Shown: one piece after another, positions 25,205 through 35,885 of the stretch
How the letters are laid out: every line of letters starts with the position of its first letter
Numbering within the stretch: the stretch's first letter is position 1
Position numbers and translations under genes: made by a program
Notes under the pieces: model-generated
Databases searched by the model: none
What the model saw: the letters and a program-made list of their open reading frames with translations, nothing else
What the model was told of the DNA's origin: nothing
Source of the DNA: Okamejei kenojei
Lineage: Eukaryota
Assembly (NCBI GenBank): GCA_035221665.1
Contig: CM069135.1
Location: forward strand, 23,808,001 to 23,872,000
DNA length: 64,000 nucleotides
Direction of reading: 5' to 3'

Positions 25205-26175
25205 GTTTAGTTTATTATTGTCACGTGTACCGTGATACAGTGAAAAACTGTTTTTGTGCTATCCAGTTGGTGAAGACTATACATGATTACAATCAAGCCA
25301 TCCACCGTGTACAGATAGTGGTTAATAGGAATAACATTTAGTGCAAGGTAAAATCCGATTAAAGTTAGTTCGAAGGTCTCCAATGAGGTAGACGGTAGGT
25401 CAGGACCGCTCTCTAGTTGGCGAGAGGACTGATTTGTTGCCTGATAATAGCCGAGAAGAAACTACCTTTTGCCTGAGGGGAGAAGGAGTGACTGGGGTAA
25501 GACTGGTCTTTGATTATGCTGGTCTTGGATGGAGCTGCTCCCAAACCATATTGTGATGCATCTCGATAAAATGCTTTCCACGGTGAATCTGTAGATGTTG
25601 GAGAGGATTGTTGAGGACATAGAGAATTTCATGAGCCTTCTGAGGAAGTAGAGGCATCGATGTGCTTTCTTGGCCATTGCTTCGATTTGGCTAGTTCAGG
25701 ACAAATTGCTGGTGATATTACTAAAAACTTGAAGCTTCCAACCATCTCTACTTCGGTGGAATCAATGTATAAGGGGGTATGTGTACCACTTAACTTCCCG
25801 GATCGATCACGATCTCCTTTGTTTTTGACATTGAGGGGAAAAATGGTAGTCCCGGTACCAGTTTAGGAGGTTCTCAATCTCTTTCCTGTAGTCTGTCTCA
25901 TCAATGTTTTATATCTGACCCACTACAGTGGTACCGTCTGCAAATTTGTAAATTGAGTTGGATTGGTATTTGACTGCACAGTCATGGGTGTATAAGGAGT
26001 AAAGAAGGAAGCTGTAGTCTATGAATGGAATTGTAGATCTATGAATTGTAGTCATAGGTGGCACTCTTATCCAGGTGTTCCAGGGATGAGTGTAGCCAGG
26101 AAGATGGCATCACCCGTGGACCTGTTGTGGTGGTATGCAAATTGCAGTGGATCAAGGTTGCTTGGTAGGCTGAAT
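25205..26175 (-). mobile_element. Rex1/Babar-like LINE 3' fragment
   Basis: KKAHRCLYFLRRLMKF...YRFTVESILSRCITIWFG; tail (taaac)n. The same 3' UTR recurs at about 7940, 23150, 31408 and 36567. Confidence 0.72.
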
Positions 26176-27310
26176 TTAATATGAAGTAAGGATGAGCTGA
26201 ATTTTTGCTAAATTTAGCTGTTGGAACATTTTCTTGTATTGATCTTAAAGCAGAGGTGATGGACTTAAAGTCATGGCAATGGGTTTAGGCATAATCCTAG
26301 AAATGAATCTGACACTGTCTAAAGCAATTTGTATCTTTAACAACAAAAGTTCCAGTGCATCTCCAAATTGGAGAGAAAAAAATTACTTTGGGGAAAAATT
26401 AGCTTGGGGGAAAAAAGTTTTAGTCAAAGTTCAATGAGAACTGTGTGTGTGTGTGAGAGATATACAGATCCTCCCCAACCCATGAATGCCTGACATGTAC
26501 AGGCATTCCTGACATCGGAATTGAGCATTTGGGAGACTGGCAGCATGGATTTGTCAGCTGCTGCTGGACTGCAGGTATCTTTACCAGTGGGAACTCATTT
26601 TGCAGCCACATTTCTGACTTGCACGTTTTTCATAGGACTGGAACCCTGCTGGAACCTGGGGACCCTGTTCAGATTTAGGAAGTTCCAGAAATTGCTGCCC
26701 TGGCTCATGTGTGGGACAATTCCAATCAAATGGGAGTGCTGGTGCTCAAAGCCTGGGAAAGTAGAAAGAGAGATAAGAGACGGCAGATGCTAAAGTCTAG
26801 AGAGAAAAAAAAACTAACTGCTGGAGGATCTCGGCATCTGTGGAGGGAAATGGATAGATTACATTTTGGGTTGGGACCCTTCAAGAGTAAAATCGAGGGA
26901 AGATAGCTAGAAAGTTGAAGGCAAGGGTTGGGTCAAGAGCTGACTGTAATAGGTAGATCCAGGTGAGGAGTGGTTGATTAGCAGATGCATCAGGTGGGAG
27001 AGGGAGAAGGGTGAGGAAGGTCACAAAGGCTGGAGGTGAATTGGAGAAGACAGGACAAATGGTGGTATCTTATACAGAAAGGTGAGGAATGATGTAGAAC
27101 CAGTGGGAGGGGGTGGTGGGTCGATGGAAACAACTCGTTCACCCATTTCCACCTCTCCCCTCTTTTTTGTTCAATATTCCAGCATCTATAATATCTTATC
27201 TTCCTTTTTTTTGCTCAACATTTTGTCTATCATCTCAATTCCTAAAGTTATTCTGTTTTTAGACCATCAGTTTTGAAGAAAGGACCTGATCAAATTACCA
27301 TCTGCCCATT

Positions 27311-27603
27311 TAGAAACATAGAAATTAGGTGCAGGAGCAGGCCATTCGGCCCTTCGAGCCTGCACCGCCATTCAATATGATCATGGCTGATCATCCAACT
27401 CGGTATCCTGTACCTGCCTTCTCTCCATACTCTCTGATCCCTTCAGCCACAAGGGCCACATCCAACTCCCTCTTAAATATGGCCAACGAACTGGCCTCAA
27501 CTACCTTCTGTGGCAGAGAATTCCACAGATTCACCACTCTCTGTGTGAAAAACGATTTTCTCATCTCGGTCCTAAAAGACTTCCCCCTTATCCTTAAACT
27601 GTG
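27311..27603 (-). mobile_element. CR1 LINE 3' end
   Basis: Reverse complement of about 30011-30303, starting with tagaaacatagaaa. Confidence 0.88.
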
Positions 27604-28319
27604 AACTTCTCTCCACAGATCCTCCCAGACCCCATGAGTTCTTCCAACAGTTTTTTTTAAATGCCAGGACTGGTTGGTGTATTTGAAATCTGTAGAGGTT
27701 GCAGATCGGGAAAATTGTGGATGTGATTGTAAGGATAGGTAATTTGGGCTGGACCAGATACAGAGTGCAAAATAAATGAGCCTCAGAAGTATGAATTCCT
27801 CTTTGTTTACAATTATCTGAGCATATTGGAATAAGTTGGTAATTTTACATTGTTGGAGGTGTTATTGGGAAAACTGATGAGCCATGGTCTTCAGAGGAAT
27901 GAACTCTCCAACTGGCAGTGTGTACTTCCGGCTTTACCTTTGAATTGATAAAGGTGCTTTATTAATTGAAGTTTTTGTTGAGATGGAGCATACGATTCTA
28001 AAGACTTTCAAGGAGAGTTAAATGCAAAAATTCTCAGATATGCAGAATCAGCAACATGATACAAATACAAATTGCCTTTATTGTCATTCAAAGAGACAGA
28101 GATTTGAACGAAATTTCGTTCCCTGCAGTCAAAACAATAAAATAAACATAACACACAATTAGCACAGTTTCTCACACACATCCATCACAGTGAATCTCTA
28201 AACACCTCCTCACCGTGATGGACGGCAAAAGACTTATCTCTTCCCTGTTCTTTATTCTTCTCCCGCGTCGAGGCGATTGAAGCTCCTGATGTTAAAGCCC
28301 CCGGCGGGGGTTGGTAAAT

Positions 28320-30306
28320 CAGGGAAGGTAGTGCATCCGTGGATAACAAGGGAAATCAGGGATAGTATAAAAACAAAAGATGAAGCATACAAATTAGCCA
28401 GAAAAAGCAGCCTACCAGAGGACTGGGAGAAATTCAGAGTCCAGCAGAGGAGGACAAAGGGCTTAATTAGGAAAGGGAAATAGATTATGAAAGAAAACTG
28501 GCAGGGAACATAAAAACTGACTGCAAAAGTTTTTATAGATATGTGAAGAGAAAAAGATTAGTTAAAACAAATGTAGGTCCCTTGCAGTCAGAAACAGGTG
28601 AATTGATCATGGGGAACAAGGACATGGCAGACCAATTGAATAACTATTGAGATGGAGGAACTGAGTAAAATCCAGGTTAGCCGGGAAGTGGTGTTAGGTA
28701 AATTGAATGTATTAAAGGCCGATAAATCCCCAGGGCCAGATAGGCTGCATCCCAGAGTACTTAACGAAGTAGCCCCAGAAATAGTGGATGCATTAGTGAT
28801 AATATTTCAAAACTCTAAAGATTCTGGAGTAGTTCCTGAGGATTGGAGGGTAGCTAATGTAACCCCACTTTTTAAAAAAGGGAGGGGGACAGAAAACGGA
28901 GAATTATAGACCAGTTAGTCTAACATCGGTAGTGGGGAAACTGCTAGAGTCAGTTATTAAAGATGGGATAGCAGCACATTTGGAAAGTGGTGAAATCATT
29001 GGACAAAGTCAGCATGGATTTACGAAAGGTAAATCATGTGTGGCGAATCTTATAGAATTTTTCAAGGATGTAACTAGTAGAGTGGATAAGGGAGAACCAG
29101 TGGATGTGTTATATCTGGACTTTCAGAAGGTTTTCGACAAGGTCCCACATAAGAGATTAGTATACAAACTTAAAGCACACGGTATTGGGGGTTCAGTATT
29201 GATGTGGATAGAGAACAGGCTGGCAGACAGAAAGCAAAGAGTAGGAATAAACGGGTCCTTTTCAGAATGGCAGGCAGTGACTAGTGGGGTACCGCAAGGC
29301 TCTGTGCTGGGACCCCAGCTATTTACAATACATATTAATGATTTGGGTGAGGGAATTGAACGCAACATCTCCAAGTTTGCGAATGACACGAAGCTGGGGG
29401 GCAGTGTTAGCTGTGAGAAGAATGCTAGGAGGCTGCAAGGTGACTTGGATAGGCTGGGTGAGTGGGCAAATGCATGGCAGATGCAGTATAATGTGGATAA
29501 ATGTGAGGTTATCCACTTTGGTGGCAAAAACAGGAAAGCAGACTATTATCTGAATGGTGGCAAATTAGGAAAAGGGGAGATGCAACGAGACCTGGGTGTC
29601 ATGGTACACCAGTCATTGAAAGTAGGCATGCTGGTGCAGCAGGCAGTGAAGAAAGCGAATGGTATGTTATCATTCATAGCAAAAGGATTTGAGTATAGGA
29701 GTAGGGAGGTTCTACTGCAGTTGTACAGGGTCTTGGTGAAACCATACCTGGAGTATTGCGTACAGTTTTGGTCTCCAAATCTGAGGAAAGACATTCTTGC
29801 CATAGAGGGAGTACAGAGAAGGTTCACCAGACTGATTCCTGGGATGTCAGGACTTTCATATGAAGAAAGACTGGATAGACTCGGCTTGTACTTGCTAGAA
29901 TTTAGAAGATTGAGGGGGGATCTTATAGAAATTTACAAAACTCTTAAGGGGTTGGACAGGCTAGATGCAGGAAGATTGTTCCTGATGTTGGGGAAGTCCA
30001 GAACAAGGGATCACAGTTTAAGGATAAGGGGGGAATCTTTTAGGACTGACATGATAAAAACATTTTTCACACAGAGAGTGGTGAGTCTCTGGAATTCTCT
30101 GCCACAGAAGGTAGTTGAGGCCAGTTCATTGGCTATATTTAAGAGGGAGTTAGATGTGGCCCTTGTGGCTAGAGGGATCAGGGGATATGGAGAGAAGGCA
30201 GGTACGGGATACTGAGTTGGATGATCAGCCATGATCCTATTGAATGGCAGCGCAGGCTCGAAGGGCCGAATGGCCTGCTCCTGCACCTATTTTCTATGTT
30301 TCTATG
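28320..30306 (+). mobile_element. CR1-clade (HER1-like) LINE, 5'-truncated, young copy with ORF2 RT region
   Basis: ORF 28932-30215 has QHGF, YLDFQKVFDKVPH, GVPQGSVLGP and FAND (the catalytic FADD is mutated), plus the CR1 C-terminal domain. Upstream KSPGPD...HPRVL; 3' tail (TTTCTATG)2. Confidence 0.92.
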
Positions 30307-31013
30307 TAAGTCCCGCGGCCGATTAAGCCACACCGGGCGATGTAAGGCCCCGTGACGGGCCGATTCAAACCCCGTGATTTGGGGCGGGTGATGTTGCCGT
30401 TGCGGGCGCTCTTGGAAATGATCTCCCACCAGGGACCTGCGAGCTCCCGATTTTACCAACCACAGAGCCCGCGGTCGATGCCTCCGAAGCTCTGCAGTCG
30501 GGCCGCCGTGCCACCTCAGCCTCCACGTCAGCCAGCTCCGCGGTGGTAAGGCCTCCGATGTTCCGCAGTCGGGTCGCCGCGGCGGCACCACTTCAGCCTC
30601 CGAGTCAGCCAGCTCCGTGATGGTAGGTGAGCAGACCGCAGGCTCTGCGACTAGAGCCCTCAAGTCGATTCCGGTTGGAGGCCGCCAGCTCCATGATGTT
30701 ATGCCCCAGCAAAACAGACACAAAAAGTCGCGTCTCTGTCCAAGGAAGAGATTAAAAAGTTAAAGGTTTCCCCCGGTTCCCTCCACCACCCCCCCCCCCC
30801 CCCCCCCCCCCCCCCACCACATATACACAACTAAAAATAAACCAAAAACATACTCTGACAAGACGAAAAAAAAGACAGAAGGACTGCAGGTGAGCCACAG
30901 CCACAAGGCGCCGCCACACCGATCCTTCCACACTCCCTTAACTTGGTTATTGGAAATAAATGTTAGGTGCAGGGTAATTTTGCTGCTGCTGTTTGATTAG
31001 TTCCATTGGATCT

Positions 31014-31222
31014 TTACTTGTATGAGGTTGTAGTGTTTAATAGCCGAATGGCTGTAGGGAAGAAGCTGTTCCTGAACCTGGAAGTTACAGTTTTCAGGCT
31101 CTTGTACCTTCTTCCCGATGGCAGGGGTGAAATGAGTGTGTGGCCAGGGTGATGTGGGTTTCTGATTATGCTGGCTGCCTTTTTAAGGCAGTGATTCTGG
31201 TAAATCCCTGCCATGGTGGGGA
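31014..31222 (-). mobile_element. Rex1/Babar-like LINE fragment
   Basis: KKAASIIRNPHHPGHTLISPLPSGRRYKSLKTVTSRFRNSFFPTAIRLLN. Confidence 0.72.
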
Positions 31223-31582
31223 GCATCTCTGGATAGAAGGAATTGGTGACGTTTTGGGTCGAGACCCTTCTTCAGATTATTTCAGACCAGATTTCAAATC
31301 GACAAACCTTCCTAGCATAAAATACTCCATCATGTTGTGTCTATCTTCAGAGAAAACCACCTACACTGCGGCACCCTTTCATTAAAGCATTGAGCTGTAT
31401 CTAGCATTTAATTTAGTTTATTGTCACGTGTGCTGAGGTACAGTGAAAAGCTTGTGTTGCGTGCTAAACGGTCAACAGAAAGACAATACATGATTACAAT
31501 CGAGACATCCACAGTGTACAGATACATGATAAAGGGAATAGTGTTTAAGAAAGAACTGCAGATGCTGGAAAATCGAAGGTAC

Positions 31583-31928
31583 TCCCTTAATAAGATAACG
31601 GGAGACTCCTTCCACCCCTGCAACGGACTGTTCCAGCTGCTACGGTCAGGCAAATGCCTCCGTTGCCATGCTGTGAGAACGGAGAGGATGAGAAGGAGTT
31701 TCTTCCCAGAGGCCATTCGGACTGTAAACTCCTATCTCACCAGGTACTAACTTTACTAACTTTACTGTACCACAATACCGCCCACAATATTTAATATGAA
31801 AAAGAACATGTGATTCTGTTTGTAGTTGTTGGTTGTTTGTTTTTTTGCACAAAGTCCGCAGGCATTGCCACTTTTCATTTCACTGCACATCCCGTATGTG
31901 TATGTGACGAATAAACTTGACTTGACTT
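31583..31928 (+). mobile_element. Rex-like LINE 3' end with GGTAC target duplication
   Basis: DSFHPCNGLFQLLRSGK...RMRRSFFPEAIR, then aataaa(cttga)n. GGTAC at 31578-31582 and 31929-31933. Confidence 0.75.
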
Positions 31929-32199
31929 GGTACACAAAAATGCTGGAGAAACTCAGCGGGTGCAGCAGCATCGATGGAGCGAAGGAAATAGACAACGTTT
32001 CGGGGTGAAACGTTGTCTATTCTTCAGTATGTATAGTGCAAGATAAAGCCAGTACAATCCGATCACCGATAGTCTCCAATGAGGTAGATAGTCGTTCAGG
32101 ACTGCTCTCTAGATGGGGTAGGATGGTTAGCACAGATTTAACCAGCTACGTATTGGATAAATGTGCATCAAGACTTGAAGCAGAGTTTGGGATTGTTGG

Positions 32200-32770
32200 G
32201 ATAAACGAGTGAGTCCTCCTGGCCTGACGGGGGCGCCACAAGGTGGGCGAGCGCCGACAGCTCGTCCCGCTCCCCGCTCTCGCGAGCGGCCCGTCGGCTG
32301 CGGAGAGGAGCGGAGCGGCCATTGTGGAGGCAGTCGGGGTGAGGCTGAGTGGAAGCAGAGCCGCGGCAAAAGGAGGTAAAAGCAGGAGTTTGAGCCGCCG
32401 CCTCTCCCTCGCCGCCTATTACCCGGCTGGGGGGCAGTGCGGCGCCTGGCCGAGCCAGCGCAGGAGGTGCGTGGCGCGATGAGTTGGCAAGGGGAGCAGA
32501 GGCCAAAATGGCCGAGGCGGCTGGCTGGGTGGATGCGGGATCCATCCCGGGCAGGAGGGGGCGGGAGACCGCGGACGCTGCAGGCCTAGCGCCTAGCGCC
32601 ACAGGCCGCTTGCAGGCGAGGGTGTCAGCGAGCCAGTGCTCCTTTGTGAGCCATGTAAAGGGCAGCATCGGCTCCCTTGAATTGCCGAGCTGGTGCTGCT
32701 GCGCACTTGTCCTGAATCACGCCACTCGGCCCATTGTCTCTGTGTCGTCTCCGAAAGCTTCAAAATCAGT
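32200..32770 (+). promoter_or_regulatory. CpG island; LATS1 promoter and non-coding exon 1
   Basis: GC- and CpG-rich island 3 kb upstream of LATS1 exon 2. TCTCGCGAG(C) motif at 32278-32287; candidate donor AG|GTAAAA at 32375/32376. Confidence 0.7.
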
Positions 32771-32824
32771 TCCGCTCCCTCTTTCCACGTAATGGTCCAT
32801 TTCGGGTATTTATCCGGTTCACTT

Positions 32825-33063
32825 AGAAACATAGAAAATAGATGCAGGACTAGGCCATTCGGCACTTCGAGCCAGCGCTGCCATTCAATATGGTCATGGC
32901 TGATGTATCCTGTACCTGCCTTCTCTCCATACCCCCTGATCCCCTTAGCCACAAGGGCCACATCCAACTCCCTCTTATAGTCAATATATAAATATGGTCA
33001 ATTAACTGGCCTCAACTACCTTCTCTGGCAGATAATTCCAGAGATTCACCACTCTCTGTGTGA
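32825..33063 (-). mobile_element. CR1 LINE 3' end beside the LATS1 CpG island
   Basis: Same tail as 27311-27603. Confidence 0.85.
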
Positions 33064-35528
33064 AAGTGGTGATAGTTACTTTTGATAGTTACTCTAGCTA
33101 CCTGCTTCCTCTACCATTTGAAGCAGTGCATTCCATATCACAATTGGGTAATTCCATTTCTACTGCTACTAATTTGCCACTTACCTTAAGTTTGTATTCT
33201 CTTTATTTAAAATTATCTTGCTGTAACTATCATACTCTTTGATAACCATCTGTAATTATACACACTTCTATTACTTCTCCCCTTCATTTTGTCTTAAGTG
33301 TGAACTATCTCAGCTGCCCTACTGAACATGTAACCAAAGCTCTATGGTACTGAACCAATTTGGGCTGACTAATGTAATGTTAATCTTAAACCTTTTTTAA
33401 TTTATTTTCCAAATCTTTCCAATAAACATCTCAAGCAAGCATTTGTGCGGACTTTTCCCTCTGTTTCACATTGTCTGTTTAGTATTAAATAGTTTGTAAC
33501 ATTTTCTTAATTTCGATTTCTATTTCTCTCTTTTGACGCCCAGTTTGGTGTTAATCCACACCTTGCTAAATGGTATAAATGGGAATTTCAGATTCCTTGC
33601 GGTATTTTTTAAAACATTAAAGAAGTAAGGAACTGCAGATGTCAGTGTACAAAAAAAAAGACAAAGTGCTGGAGTAACTCAGCGGGTCAGGCAGCATCTC
33701 TGAGGAACATGGATAGGTAATGTTTCAGGTTGGGATCCTTCAGTCTGAGTATAATGCAAGTCAAGATCTTGATATTACTGAATGAGAGAAAACATAAAAA
33801 AGACCAGCTATGAGAATGAACTTTGTTGCCTGGGTAATTTAGAGAGCAATAGGGAAACATATTTTATGCTGCTGCACCCGCTGAGTTTCTCCAGCTTTTT
33901 GTGTACCCTCGATTCTCCAGCATCTGCAGTTCCTTCTTTAAAAAAAAAAAATATATATTTTATGTCATTGTGTTTTCGTGTGAATTTTCATTATATTCAG
34001 AATATTGCTCGAGTGAAGCTGATGAAACACATTTGTCTGGATAACATATAAAACAAAGTTCTTCACTGTATTTCAGTGTATGTGACTATGCTAAACCAAT
34101 TCCCTAAGCCCCTTCTTAAGCCTTTATTTACCATTAGTGGAGGACCTGATGAAGTGCTGGACAAAATGTGTGGAAATGAATCATATTACGAATTAATATT
34201 TATTCATTGTGTCGAGGCCTCCCTGTCAGAACATTCATTCATAATTGCCCTACTTAAAAGACATTCGAACATACAACAGTGCGGCACAGGAACACTCATT
34301 TTGGCCCACTATACCTATGCGCGCGCCATGATGCTAATTTAAATTGCACATCTGTTTATACATTGTTTATATCCCTCTATTCCCCACCTATTTACATTTG
34401 TCCATATGCTTCCCAAATGTCATTGTATCTGCTTCCATCACTTCCCATGGAAGAGTGCTCAAGCACTAGAATTTGGGAGGTTCTGTTGGAGTAGCTTGGA
34501 CTGCAACTTAGGTGCACTTAGTAGCTGCAGTATATACTATCTGCAAAGCGCTAGTGGTGAGGGGGGGGGGAGCGTTTAGGTTAGTGGATGTGGTACCGAT
34601 CAAGTGGGGTGCTTTGTCTTGATGGCATGATGTTGGAGCTGCACTCAATCACACAGTGGGGAATATTCTATCACACTCCTTACTTGTGGCTTGGAGGTAG
34701 TGGAAAGGGTTTAAGGTGTTAGGAATGAATCACTCGTTGGATATGTAGTGTCTAGTCAATCAGATACGACATTCTGATGAGTTCATGGTCACCATCTCAT
34801 ACTAGATCAAAATTCTCCATTCAATAATAATATATAAGGAATAATAATATACAATAGGAACAGGAATATGCTGTTTAAAATCTCACTCATCCAACCTTTA
34901 TGGCTGTACTCTGACATAAACTCCACGTAACTTCCTTTGTCCTACATCCCTTAACATCTTAATGTTTCATCTCCAATTTATAGTCAACAATTCACTTAAC
35001 ATCAATTACCGCAGTAACATTTCTATGATAAAATGCTACAAATAACGAGTTTTCTGGGATCAAACTTTTTTTGCTGGTCAAATATGGCCCTAGGTTGAAT
35101 CCCCTTGACCTCTTTCATTTAAGTTTATCTTGGAGAGAAGATGCAGGATGATAGTGTGAAACACAGATAACCTATTGACATATTTCCAAAGAGGAGGAAC
35201 TTTGTGAGAAAAATGAAGAATTTACTGGCATTTAAGAATCATTTATTAATCATAATAGGGTGCTTTGACTTCCAAATTTTCCATTATTAACCCTTTAGCT
35301 CAAATAGTTACTATATGATATGGTGAATCTTGTCTTGTTTTCATCATGGTAACACGTGTTTCTTTTAAATTCCAGATTACTGGTTTTTGTGATAACAGAT
35401 GAGCGGAACAATACTTGTGACTAATATTCTTGGATATCTAACACACATTGGCCTTATGTAACCTGCTAAAATTTAAGTTCATGTAAATGTAAATGAGCCA
35501 AGACTGCTTGGTTTTATCTGACGAGTTC

Positions 35529-35885
35529 ATGAAGAGGGGGGATAAGCTTGATGGACATAGACAAATGAGACCAAAAACATTCCCAGCCAGCAACTTTTCT
35601 GGGAGTAGCCGGCAGATGTTGCAAGAAATCCGGGAGAGTCTCAGACATTTGCATAAACCATCAGGAGATGTTGGAAGCACTGATCAAAATATGATGAAAT
35701 TGAGCACGGAAGATTCACGACAACAAGGACGGAATGCTCTTAAATTTGTGACTCACCAAAAAGCCTTGCAAGAGATCCGAAATTCTTTGCTGCCATTTTC
35801 AAATGAGTACAGTTCATCAGTTCGTGGATCTGCCGATGTAAACAAGCAGATGTTGCAGGATTTGGTGACTGCAGGATTTGATGAG
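35529..35885 (+). CDS. LATS1: LATS1 (Hippo pathway Ser/Thr kinase), first coding exon
   Basis: MKRGDKLDGHRQMRPKTFPASNFSGSSRQMLQEIRESLR..., similar to human MKRSEKPEGYRQMRPKTFPASN. Acceptor at 35374-35375, donor gtgaga. Confidence 0.95.

Noticed and set aside
32127-32980. Overlapping ORFs of 80-166 aa
   Set aside because: They are by-products of the GC-rich CpG island and the adjacent CR1 tail, with no recognisable protein.
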